Shown in pieces: positions 33,929-45,900 of a stretch of 64,000 nt of DNA. The stretch lies in the IMG/VR virus record IMGVR_UViG_3300027971_000050; one strand, 5' to 3'. A program made the position numbers and the translations under genes. Position 1 is the stretch's first letter, and each line of letters begins with the position of its first letter. The notes beneath the pieces were generated by a model, which worked only from the letters and a program-made list of their open reading frames with translations, was not told the DNA's origin and did not search any database. This DNA comes from an uncultured virus (IMG/VR IMGVR_UViG_3300027971_000050). Lineage: Duplodnaviria > Heunggongvirae > Uroviricota > Caudoviricetes.

Positions 33929-36817
33929 ATGACCCCGCTTGAATTTCTAGCGGTTGTTTTGCCGTCCCCGGATAACGGGTTGTACTGTGCGGCAGAGCTA
34001 ACTACAAAAAAGAAGGAGCACAATTTTGTTGAACATCTGGAGGAACTCCCTGCCACCATAACCAAATGGGGTGACAACAAAGACATCTACTTTGCGCTGT
34101 CTACATTCCAAAACAAAGGCAAGCGCACAGCAGAGAACGCAAGGTTCATTCGGTCGCTGTTCATTGACATGGATGGCTACGACACCAAAAAGGCAGCGGC
34201 CATGTCGCTCAATGAGTTCATGGTCAAGACTGGTCTGGACTTACTTGGCACACCATACATCGTGGACTCAGGCGGTGGTTTGCACTGTTACTGGCCGTTT
34301 ACGAATGTCATAGCCGTTGAAGAATGGAAGCCTGTTGCTGAGAACTTAAAGCGCCTGTGCAAACAAGAAGGCTTGAGCATCGACATGACGGTGACCGCCG
34401 ACTCTGCCCGAGTACTGCGTTTCCCCGGCACGTACAACAACAAGGCCAAGTACGCTAAACCGCGCCCAGTGCGCATACTAGCCGAGGGCGATACGTTTGA
34501 TTTTGAAGACTTGGCCAACCACATTGAGAGCCAACTCAGATCATTACCCGCATTACCACGTCATCAACCCACGCTGGCTCTGCCCGGCCAACGCCCTGAC
34601 GCAACGCATACGCCCACCACAGTTAAGTTGTTTGAGAACAGCATCACGCTATTCAAGAACATTTACAAGAAGACAAAGAACGGCGGGGGCTGTGAACAGC
34701 TTCGGCACTACGTTGAGAACGCAACCGAAGATGGTATGGAACCGCAGTGGCGTGGGTGGTTGAGCATTGCACAGAAGTGCAACGATGGCGAGAAGGCGGC
34801 GATCTGGTTGTCTGACCTGCACCCATACCCACATGATCGTATGAACCAGAAGCTGGCTGAGATCAAAGGGCCATACCCGTGCATTAAGTTTGACTCAGAG
34901 AATCCGGGCGTTTGTGACGGGTGTCAGTATCGCGGCAAGATTACAAACCCGCTGGCACTTGGACGTGAGACCGCCGTGGTCACCACCGAAACTACGCTGG
35001 AGTTACCAGCAAGGGAAGGTGAAGTAACAAAAAAAGTAGTCCGCCCTGAACCACCCAAGGGTTATGCGTACGGTGTTCGGGGCGGCGTATTTATGGAGAA
35101 GGAAGATACAGACGCTAACGGTCAAGTAACCAAGCGGCAGATCATGCTGTTGCCTTATGACGTGTTCCCTGTGGACATCTTGAGTCATAATGGTGAACAT
35201 CTTGTGCATATGCTCGCGGTGCGTGACTACAAAGTACAAGCGGTGTCGTTCCCGCAGAAAGCCATTGTCAGCAAGGACGAGACAGTTAAGGCGCTGGCAC
35301 AACAAAACGTCATGGCCGCATTCGGCTCTGGCAACGACAAAAACTTATATGACTATGTGAGGGCATGTGTGGAAAAAATGAGCAGCGAAAAGAAACCAAT
35401 CGAAGTACCAGACCACTGCGGCTGGCAACCAAACGACACCTTTGTGTGGGGCGGCAAGATTTACTCTCCGAATAAAGAGTCCATCGAAGTGCCGATGCCC
35501 GGGCTTGAGAACATCACAATGAACTCCAAGCCTGCCGGAACACTGGAGAACTGGCGCAGGTTCATTGACCTGCTGGTGCGCAGGAAACTGTGGGATCACT
35601 TAGCCATCATCCTTGTGGGCGCCGGCTCACCGCTGATGCGTTTCACAAAGCTACACGGCCTGACTGTTCACTGTGCCTCGACCGACTCAGGTACTGGCAA
35701 GTCACTGGCGCTGGAAGGTGCGGCATCTATATGGGGCCACCCTACCCACTACCGTACAGGCGCAGGCACTTCTCCTGTTGCGATGCAACAAAGGCTTGGT
35801 CTCTTGCACAGCAACCCACTTATCACGGACGAGATCACCAGCAAGAACCGAGATGAGTTTGAGTGGTTCCCTGCGTTCTTGCTTAGTATGACCGAGGGGC
35901 GCGGCAAAGAGCGCATGGAGTCTGGAGCCAACAAAGAACGCTTGAACCTGTCTACATGGGCAGCGATGGCGATCATGTCATCAAACACCCACGCCGTGGA
36001 CTACCTGACAGGCACACGCAAGCACGCTTCTGAGGGAGAGCTTCGCCGCTTGATCGAGTACATCATGGACGAGAAGCTGGAGTGGAGTGCAGACGAGATC
36101 GAGATTATCAAGTCTTTAAGTAGCAACTATGCCGTGGCTGGTGTTGTCCTAGCGCAGTACATGGTTGACAACATTGAGATGGTTGATACGCTAGTGCTTC
36201 AGACTGTGCGCCAGATGTACACCGAGTACAAGGCTCCTAACGATGAGCGATTCTGGATGGCAGGTGTTGGCTGTGCCATAGCCGCCGGTATATTGATGAA
36301 CAGCGAACACGCAGGCATTGCCGAGTTCCCCTTGGTGGAGATCATCGAGAGTTTCCGCAAGCGTATCAACCACCAACGCGGTAGTATCAAAGGCAGTTAC
36401 CGCACAGCAGAGGACGTGCTCAACGCGTTTGTGCAGGAGTACCAAGGCAAGTTTGTGGTTGTGCGCTACGGCGAGAAGGCTGGCCCACTGGCGCATTTGG
36501 GGGATGGCTCGATGGTAGACAAGAACACCACACGCGCAGAAGTTATGGGGCGGGTCGAGCACGGCGTAACCGCAGGGCATGTGGACTTTTTCATTGAAGA
36601 GCGTATGCTCAAGTCATTCTGTTCCAACATGAGCTTTGGTTATGCCAACTTCAAGCGGTATCTTGAAGCGCAGTTTACGGTGTCGTATGTAGCTAAGAAA
36701 GATATGATGGCTAAGACCAGCGCACCACCCATGCGTGTGTCCGCCATGAAGATCAGCCGCGCTGTGACGGAAGTCGATGAAACGCTTATCAATCAAATAT
36801 CCTTGGCAAAAGACTGA
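33929..36817 (+). CDS. Primase-helicase (AEP/RepB-like primase plus DUF927-type helicase)
   Basis: FIDMD, SGGGLHCYW and RVLRFPGT primase motifs; C..F...CDGC zinc motif; SGTGKS Walker A and ITDE Walker B. Confidence 0.88.
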   Translation: MTPLEFLAVVLPSPDNGLYCAAELTTKKKEHNFVEHLEELPATITKWGDNKDIYFALSTFQNKGKRTAENARFIRSLFIDMDGYDTKKAAAMSLNEFMVKTGLDLLGTPYIVDSGGGLHCYWPFTNVIAVEEWKPVAENLKRLCKQEGLSIDMTVTADSARVLRFPGTYNNKAKYAKPRPVRILAEGDTFDFEDLANHIESQLRSLPALPRHQPTLALPGQRPDATHTPTTVKLFENSITLFKNIYKKTKNGGGCEQLRHYVENATEDGMEPQWRGWLSIAQKCNDGEKAAIWLSDLHPYPHDRMNQKLAEIKGPYPCIKFDSENPGVCDGCQYRGKITNPLALGRETAVVTTETTLELPAREGEVTKKVVRPEPPKGYAYGVRGGVFMEKEDTDANGQVTKRQIMLLPYDVFPVDILSHNGEHLVHMLAVRDYKVQAVSFPQKAIVSKDETVKALAQQNVMAAFGSGNDKNLYDYVRACVEKMSSEKKPIEVPDHCGWQPNDTFVWGGKIYSPNKESIEVPMPGLENITMNSKPAGTLENWRRFIDLLVRRKLWDHLAIILVGAGSPLMRFTKLHGLTVHCASTDSGTGKSLALEGAASIWGHPTHYRTGAGTSPVAMQQRLGLLHSNPLITDEITSKNRDEFEWFPAFLLSMTEGRGKERMESGANKERLNLSTWAAMAIMSSNTHAVDYLTGTRKHASEGELRRLIEYIMDEKLEWSADEIEIIKSLSSNYAVAGVVLAQYMVDNIEMVDTLVLQTVRQMYTEYKAPNDERFWMAGVGCAIAAGILMNSEHAGIAEFPLVEIIESFRKRINHQRGSIKGSYRTAEDVLNAFVQEYQGKFVVVRYGEKAGPLAHLGDGSMVDKNTTRAEVMGRVEHGVTAGHVDFFIEERMLKSFCSNMSFGYANFKRYLEAQFTVSYVAKKDMMAKTSAPPMRVSAMKISRAVTEVDETLINQISLAKD

Positions 36818-36977
36818 GCCGGGGCAGGGGTTCTTTATTCCCTGCCTCGACACCGCTGCCGTCCGCACCGAAGGCTTAAACCAAGCCCTGAAGTTCAGGG
36901 TGTTTAATGCTAAGGCTACCCCTTGTATTCGGGGTGGCCTTATTGGGGTGCTGTTTTATCGAGCACCCCCCGCATAG
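36777..36977 (+). CDS. Small conserved phage protein
   Basis: KYPW...PGQGFFIPC motif; last plus-strand gene, overlapping the giant gene's 3' end. Confidence 0.6.
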   Translation: MKRLSIKYPWQKTEPGQGFFIPCLDTAAVRTEGLNQALKFRVFNAKATPCIRGGLIGVLFYRAPPA

Positions 36978-39900
36978 TATCTGCAATCTTTATCCGTATC
37001 TTTTGCAGTCGGTCAAGCGTAGCTCGCTTCTCGTCTGGCGACATGTTGGACGCTTTAACGGCATTCATAGCTTGCGTTATTTTTGTCAGTTGTGTTCTGG
37101 CATTTCCCGCAACAGACGCAGAAGCTATCTCATTCACGTTCTCTTGTAAGAACGCTCTGGCTTCGGCTGTCTCACCTTTCTTAATCATGTCGTCGTATGT
37201 ACGCTTGACTTCCATGATGTGTTCCATGCGGTCGTAGGTTGCGTTGATAATGCCGCCAGCATCGTTGGGCTGGAACATGGAGCCGATCACAGGTGTGTCG
37301 GACAGACGCTTGGTGGCTTCTTGTGGCCCCAGTTTCTCAGGCATTGCAAAGCTCACCGCTTGAGCTGCTGCCAAGCCCATCGTGCCTGTGTACCCACGGA
37401 TCAGGTTGTCAATCTTGATTGGGGAATAGCCAGCCATTGCACCAAGTTCTTTGGCCAACTCAGATGTGTTGTCGCGGAAACGTTGTTGTGGCAGTAGTTT
37501 TTGTTCGCGTTGTGTTTCAAGCTCACGCTGGCCAAAGAACGAGTAATTTGTAGCGTTTTCAATCATGGGTTTAACCAGCGCAGGCATCAGCATGGATGAA
37601 CCGCCGGGTATTGTTTGAATGGCAATATGTTTAAACGCTTCCATTGCTTCTTCGCCGCCGTGCTTGGATACCATAGTGTTGACAATTGCTTCTGGAATAC
37701 CTTTGAGAATATAACCAATTTCAAACGGCACAGGGAATCTAATAGGCTCGTCCAATCCGGGGATGCGGATAAAGAAGTTGCCATACTTTTCATCAGGGCG
37801 TGCGTTCTTGTACGCGTCGTCGTCCTGCATCATCAGGGCGTAGGCAACGGCTGTTGCCATAACCAAAGAACCCCGGCGCAATAATTTGCCTTGAATATCC
37901 AGACGTTGACTCATTGGTAGTTGGCCGCTAGCTGCTCTCCACAACACATCCAAGCTCTGCAACTGAGAATTAAAGAACGGAATCATCGTAGCCGCTAAGT
38001 GCATGGAAGGAGACAACCCGCGCTTGTTAAAGTTCATAGACTCCAGCGCCATGACAGTGGCTTCCATCTGCGACAAACCTTGGCGAATGTATGAGTCATA
38101 CTGTGCCCGACGGGTCGCCGCATCTGCCTCCATTGCAATAGCTTCGGCCTTGGCCACAAACTGGGACAGCCCCATGCGCCCACCCATCAAGTCCTTGAGG
38201 ATGCGAGACAAGTCCTCGTTTGTGCCTGTATAGACTTGGCCACCGGTAATAGCGCGTGCTTCCAGTTTTTGTTTGGTTGCACTGTTACCCAAAGCCCTAA
38301 GCGCACCCAAAGGGCCAGCAAAGTCAGCGCCAGCCAATAACGGGGCAGCAACAGAGTCACGTAATATTTGCTTGACTGGGTACAGAGGATTCAACATAAC
38401 ACCCTTGCGTACAACGCCAGAGGCAAAACCCATTACCTTTACCAGCGCATTAGTGCTGACCGGGATACCTTCCATGCCCTTGACCAGTAAGTCAGCGGGG
38501 ATACCCACGGCATCAGTATCAACACGAACAAACTTTTCCTCGCCCTTGTCTTTAAACCTGACAACATTTGGCGCTGCTGTATCTTTACCCAAGAAGTGCG
38601 CTAAATCCAAGCCAACCAATTCAAACATAGCGTTTTTTGCAGCCAAGTTACGCAAGCCCACATCCATAATCATGGAGGTGTTTTGAACAGAGCTTGTAGC
38701 AAAGTCAAGAATCTTGTCTTCGCCGCCAATCAACTCACGCAACTGAGGCTGGTCTGCAAGGTTACCAATACGGTACACACCTTCTTTGCCGATCACCAAC
38801 TCGGCATTGCCGTTTTGCTCGCGGTAGTAGGGTATGTAATCGTTAGTAGCGGCAAGCTCATCGGCCACGCTGGGTGGCAGCACGCCTGTGTCTTTCAGGA
38901 AGTGCATCAAGTCTTTGTTGTACTTGTTGTATTCAGTACGCGCTTCTTCAAACACATCACGCAACTTGTCGTTGCTTTCAATGTTACGCACAGATTGTTT
39001 AATTAAATTTGCATCGACACTAAAATTAAGTTTGTCGTAACCTACACGATCAGCACGTTTGCCAAGCAAATACAGCGTAAACAACTGGTTAGCAGCTTCG
39101 CCGTTCATGCCCGGGGCTTTGGCCAGTGTGCGTACCACGTTGGCCAAGTTAGCGCCGCCCACGCTTTCAACAATGTATTCAGTGCGACCATCAGGGCGCT
39201 TATATGCGACACGTTGTGGAACGCCGTTGCCAACTGCTTGCTGAACGTAGGACATGCGCTGGTCAGAAGCCAACAGGTAGTGCATCATCTGCATACCCTT
39301 CAACGGCTCCAGCATATCCTTGGCCACTTGGTGCAGCGGTGCTAGTCTGTCCAAGTACTGTGTACGGAATCCCAAACCAAGGTTTGCTTTGATTTGTTGA
39401 CCAACAGTTTTAGGCTTGGCAATTACTTGGCTGGCCACGTTCAGTTCGTCTTCAAATCCTTTGGCTTGCGCACGAGCATAGCGCGGTTCTTCAGCATCGC
39501 GCTCAACCATTTCTTCAATTGGCGGTTTGTCAGCAACATGGTTGGGAGCGTAGATAACAAACCTGCCTTCTGCATCGTCCAAAGGCACATACTTGGTGTC
39601 AGGCAGTTTGAGATACAGTTTTTGGTCATGTGGGGATTCAACATCTTTAACAACAGTAGCATTTTTAATTGTTATGTGAGAATCACGCGTAATACCAGAA
39701 ACAAGATCAACAATTGCATTTGGGGCAAGCGTTATAGTTGAGTTGTCAACACCTTCACCAAAAGCTTTTATAAATTGAAGGTGCGTAACTTTTGGTAAAC
39801 GTACATCAAGTTTGTAAAAATCACTTCCATGAACACTTAAGGCTTCAACATTTTTTAAGTTTGGTAGTTCAACTGTTTCTGCAACGCCAGAAAAACTTAC

Positions 39901-42900
39901 TGATTTTGCAGTTTTAACTTCATCCAATTTAGGGGTGTATTCTGTGCCGTTTAATTTTATGGCACTAACACCGTTCTCATCAACAGTAAGCCTTGCCCCA
40001 ATAAAATGGCCATCTGCATATGCGTCTTCAATAACTTTTGTAATTTTGTTTTCAAAAAACTTTTTAACTTCTTCTGTAGGACTTCCACGAAGCCCTCCGT
40101 AACCGTCAATAAGATTAAAGTCCAACAAAGCGGCAACATTCACTTTGTTAAAACGCACAATGCCGCTGTTAATTAAATCTTCTGGCGTAAATTCAGCATT
40201 GCCTTTAGCAATCTCAACGGCTTTTTGTTTAATTTTAAATTGAGACAAGTATTTGTCGGAATCTGTAAAATTGTTTTTTGTTAAAAAAGTTTCTGCAATT
40301 TCTTGTTGTTCTTTGTTCAACGCTTGGTCTTGGGTATTTCCGCGTACTTCTTTAATTTCATTTTTACCAGCCATACGCACGGCAACTTCTGGACGACCTT
40401 GTTTATAGTAGACGTAGAAATCTCCACCAGCAATATGGTCACGGGCGTAATTCTCATCTCTGCCAGTACACCAAGACGTACCTGCACACGCTTTGTTAAG
40501 TTCAACAGCCGCTTTTTCAAAATCCGTATTTTTTACACGTCTGTCAGGTAGCAGCCCATCAGCAATAAGCATTTCAACTAATTCATCGGGGTCTGCAGTG
40601 TCATAACCGGTTTGTCCCCATGCTTCGTTAATTTCTTCATCCGTGTAAAGCGCCGTTAAACTTTGTGCTGTTTCTCCGCGTTCAGTTTGATTAAATTTTT
40701 GCCAACCTTCTTTGTGGGAGTTTTCTTTTATGGCGCGGTCAGCACTGGCTTGCATGCCGTCAAGGAATGCTTCTTTTAAATTCTTACCAGCACGCAGCTC
40801 CCGAATAACTGCATCAGCAGCATCGAGACTGACAACAGCAACACCATTGCGGTTATTGTTTGCAATAGACGCTACTTTTAAACGCCCCGACTTATCTGAA
40901 ACAACTGCAAACTTAGAAGCAGCTTTGGCCACCAAAGCATTTTCTGCCAAGGTATATGAAGGGTTGCTTGACAACAAATCTACAAGACCTATTAAATCTT
41001 GTTCGCGTTTGTCCCTAATAGCCCGAGCTTCTCTGTCACGAAGAAAACCGTCACTTTGCGCCTTCAAAGACGCAAACGTTTGCGCATCTGCTTCAACATA
41101 GTGAAGTGGGTTATTTTCATCGTACTGTTTGCCGTCTGACATTCTAGTATCTGATAAATAATCCAACGAACCCACTTTTGTTTCAAGGACATCTATTTCG
41201 AGTTGTTGTTTTTCAAGCTGTTTTGTTATTTCTTTGAAATGTTCAGAGTCTTCGTCATAAGGTTCACCGTCACGATATGCGGCTTCGTCTTTTGCAAGCT
41301 GGTTTCTAAGTTCTTTAATTTTATCAATTGCCGTTTCTTGTTCTTTAGTAAGCACCGCATTTTTACGCATCAAGTCGCGCAACGTATATGGCGCAGCAAC
41401 GTAGTTTTTAGTGTTGCGCAGCATGTCCAACAAATAGTCTTTTGCAATACGCTCAACATCTTCAGGCGTGCGGTCTTTTACTTTGATGTCTTGACCAAAC
41501 TGATCGGCAAACTGTTTCATGGAGTTACTACCGTCGTGCAATGCGGCAATGTCTTTCTGTGACAAGCGCCTATTTACTGCACGTTCTTTCACGTCCAACT
41601 TAACGTTAGACGGAACCATCAGCGCATCCACTGACTGGAGCGCCGCGCCCAGCATAGTTTCTGGATGGTCAATACCCAACAAACGCAAGACAATGCTCTT
41701 GAACCCCGCCCAAGCATTTGACAACTTCCACTTCTTTTCACGCAACTGCTCTTGCAAATTACGGTTGGACAGGACTTCAGCCGCAAACTCAGACAGGCTT
41801 TCTTTGGCGCTAACGCTGGTAATGCGTGAATCGTTCTGGATAGCCTTGTGCAATGCCATGAGTTCGCGTTTGGCAATCAACTGCGTGCGGGTGAGCTTGC
41901 TCTCATCCATCTGAAGCACGCGCTCAGTAGCGGCGTGAGTGCCTTCGTGCAGCAAAATTTCTTGTGTCAGACCACCATTGCGGTTCAAAATAATTTGTTT
42001 GTTGGTAGCAGAACCAAGAACTTCTTTGCCGTCCCGATCAACTACCTTGTCTTGAATGCGGATATTTGTGCCAGCCAACATCTCGGCCAAACGTTGTGCA
42101 ACAGCGCGGTTAACTTTGCTGGCGCTAACGTCGTTGGCAATGTCAGCGTAAGCTGCAACAGCATCATTGTTTTCAATAGACCGGCGTTGTGTGGCGGTCA
42201 GGTCAGGGCTTTCAACTTCCACGCCACGGGCAAAACGTTCAGATGCTTTTTCACTTGCTTTAGATTGGCTTAATGCTTGTTTCTGAGCTTCTTTGTTTGC
42301 CAGTGTTTCCGCAGTTTTTTCAACGCTGACAACTTTTCTTTGCGTAGCTTGAGTGCTTTTAAGCTTTTCTTTAAGTAGTGCTTCCTTACTTTGTAAGTCT
42401 TTAAACGTGTCAGTTAAACGCCCAGACACTTTATGCTTGTTGTTGTCCTTGAGGTATGCAATACGGCGCTGGAGTTCAGCCAACTCAGTTTTTTGTTTAA
42501 CAAGTCGGTCAGTTACTTTTTCTGCAACTTCAGCTATCCGCGCAGTTTTGTATGGTTGAATAACTTTTGAACCGCGAACTTCTTTGAGTAAAGCGGTTTG
42601 TTCTATTGGAACCAACTTGGGTGCGGCTTCGCCTTTACGTTTTCTGCTTTTGGCTGCGGCAGCGGCATCTTCGGCTGCAGCGCGGTCAGCGGCTGCAAGT
42701 CGATGTAAAAGTTCTTCTTCCGGAGTTAACAGTTCCTTAACGTTCAAAGGCGCATCCCGATACACAGAAGCCAACCGTGCTTCGGCATCAGCAATTTTTG
42801 TTTCTATTTCTTCAATGCGATCTGTATCGTTCTTTTTCTCAGCTTTGCTTAGTTCTTCGTTAAGGCTACCAATTTCACTGCGGATTTTGTGCATGTTTTC

Positions 42901-45900
42901 ACGCATGCGCATTGTGTCTTTTTCAGCACGGACACCGGGCAAACCCATACCTTCACGGCCACGTTGTGCCGCCGTTTCGTATTCAGCTCTTGGCGTTGCT
43001 TTCAATTCTTCGGGCGTTGTTTCCGCTTTAACTTTTTCTTCTCGTGCAACCCGCTCTTGTGCAACCTGACGTTTAAGCGCGTTGTATTTCTCCGTTAAAC
43101 GCTCAACTTGTTGAGTAGCTTTGTCTGCGGCGCGTTCAATTGAACCACGCATAACCGCACCTTTTTGGTATTTAACCATCAAGTTATCAAGTGCATTGCG
43201 TGCGTTATCAATAAGCCCCGCAGCGTTTTTAACTGCGTCATTCAGTGTTTTTATTTCAGCATTAAATGCTTCTGGAGATTGAAGTGCCTTAACTATTTCG
43301 TTAAATTCTTCAGCATCTTTTTTAGAAATGCCGGGAGTTGTTTTAGCTTCTTCCGTTAACTGCAACAAAGAAGCACGTTCTTCTGCGTTAAGTCCTTTGA
43401 TGGCTCGTTGAATACTACGCAAATACTCAAGGCGCGGGGGTATGGCTTGCAAAGCAGATTCAAGCTCAACAATTTTGCGAACAGCAGGTGCATACCATGT
43501 AGGTTCTTGTAGAGTTTCTGCGGCAGACTTTGTAAGCGTTTCTTTCTTTGCCAACGCATTGTTGAGCGCCGTAGTAGCGGATTGCAATTCCTTTTGTAAG
43601 GAAGGAATGTATTTTTTAATAAGTTCAAGCGCGGCAGTGTTCTCTTCTTTTTGTTTGGTCAGTACGTCCCGCATTCCTTGGATGTCTTTAGAGTCCAACA
43701 TCTTTTGAAAGTTTTGCGGTGTGGCACGTACCACTTGAACACCAGCTTCAGGGAACAACTCTTTTTGTGGTTGAGCTTCGTACTTTTTCTCACCACGGAC
43801 AACAGCGGCTGTATCTTCTGCGGATAACGGCGGAGCCGCACTGCGCCCCGATACTGCTCGACCCAACATCATTTCATTCAAATCACGTACAGCAAATGGG
43901 TTGGGTAAGTTGCCCTCCATAACTTGCTGAGCTTGCTCACGGGCAAGAGAAATAAATTCGGGGTCAGTTGAAGTTTCTAAGTGGTCACGCAATCGGTGCA
44001 GCAACTCAACAGTAGCAGGGTCAGTCTTTTCAGAAGCGCCGTTTGTTTTTTCTTTTTCAAACAGTTTGGCAATGTCGTCCATGCTGCCAACGCGTGTGGG
44101 AGCTTTTTCTCCAGAAACTGGCACGCCACGAATACGGCGTTCCACAGAACGCAGGACTGTTTCAATAAATTTAAGTGCCGCAGCTTTGTCGTCTGTTGGG
44201 ATGCGGGGAGTTCCTTTGAGTTTTAATTCTTTTGGTGCGGCAACTTGTGGGCCTTTTTCTTGCGGCACTTCAATAGTTTCACCTTTGTAACTGGTGTACT
44301 TTTGACCGGGTTTAGTTAACTTCTCTCTGTTTTCGGCTTGCTTTTCTGTATTAAACCGTTTGGCGGCATTGAGCAAATTCTCATTGGTAGCGTCGCGCAC
44401 TTGCTGTTGCAAAACTTGAATGGCTTCAACAGGAGCGCCAAAAGTATTCCAACGTTTTTCTAATTCATTCAAAGCTTCTAATGAACGGGCGCGTGCTTCT
44501 GCACGTTCCCAATTTGCCATAGGCGGCAAGCCAAAAACCGCACGGCGAGCCTCAATCTCATTGGTATGCGCTTCAACAAACGCTTCCTTGGCATCACTGA
44601 CACGCTTATCAAATACTCCGGGCAGGCTAAGCGTTGCGCTTCTGCGCGTCTGACTTGGGTTTAACGGATTGCGGGTATTAAGTGTTTTAACCAGCCCCAA
44701 CATAATTGAACGTTGTGCATCTGCAAACTTATCAGCTTCAACTTGTTTAGCGCCTGATTCTGGCGTTATGTTGGGAAGCCCTGCGGATTTTTCACCTGTT
44801 GCAGTTTTCTCAATCGGTTCTTTTAAACTTTTGCGCTGGTCATCCAGTTCTGCCTGTAACCGTTTAGCTGTTAGCGTGTTACTTGTCATGCGAGCAATTG
44901 CCAACTGCAACTGCAAATCTTTTAATTTTCCACGGGTAGCGCCCAACCCTTCATACACTTGCCCCGGCACTATGCGGCCTTGGTCTGTTGGCAAGGTTTT
45001 CATTAACTGAGCAATCAACGGATCGTTCTCATCCGTCAAAGCAGGCTCTTCACCTTCAGGCAACGTTTCTTGTTTTACTTGGCGGAGTTCAGCTTTGTAT
45101 TCTTCAGGAGTTAACTTAGCAATGCGGTTTTGCTCTGCTTGTTCTTTTGTGGCAACCCGTTCACGTTCAACACGTTCCCATTCTTTTGCTGGATAACCCG
45201 GCGCTTGTCTGGCTGCACTGAGCAAATCTTGGTTTGTTTGTGCGCCTTGCTGTTCTAACAAAGTTCGACCGCGCTCATAACCGGCTTGTTTAGCTTTTTC
45301 TGCTGCCGCAGCAGTTTCTCTATCTTGCTTTTCTAATTCAGTAAGCAGCGTGCTCTTTACGCTGTGGCCTTGTTTTACGGAAAGACCGGGTAAAGCCTGT
45401 TCAGACATGGCAATTTGCCGTGCCATACTGGGGTTAACCATAAGGTAAGAGACATACGTACCAATGTTTGGCGCAGCTTCTCTGTCTTTTGCAAGCGCCA
45501 GTTGCTGCCTTGTGTAATTTTCAACTTCGCCAGATACAAACGGTAGTTGGGTTTGGTAACCCAATGCTGCCAGTTCATCTTGGTCAACCGGTTTGACTTT
45601 GGGTTGTTTACCAATACCCTGCATCTGCTCCGCAGCAAATTCTTCTGGAGATAGCGCAGCAATGCGCTCACGTTCCGCTTGGTCAGCCTCACGCTGTGCC
45701 GCCAGTGTCTGATATTTCTTTAGATACTCTTGTTGTTCTTTGGCAAGTTGTTTGTCCATTGCCGCCTTCTTCTTGGGCGCAAGGGCTTCTTTTAGTATGG
45801 CGGCTTCTTCAGTACCCGCCGCTGTTTCTTCTGGCTGTTCACCACGCAAGGTAGGCTCGGGGACAGCAGCGGCTTCGGGGCCTTTTGGAGGGGGAGGTGG

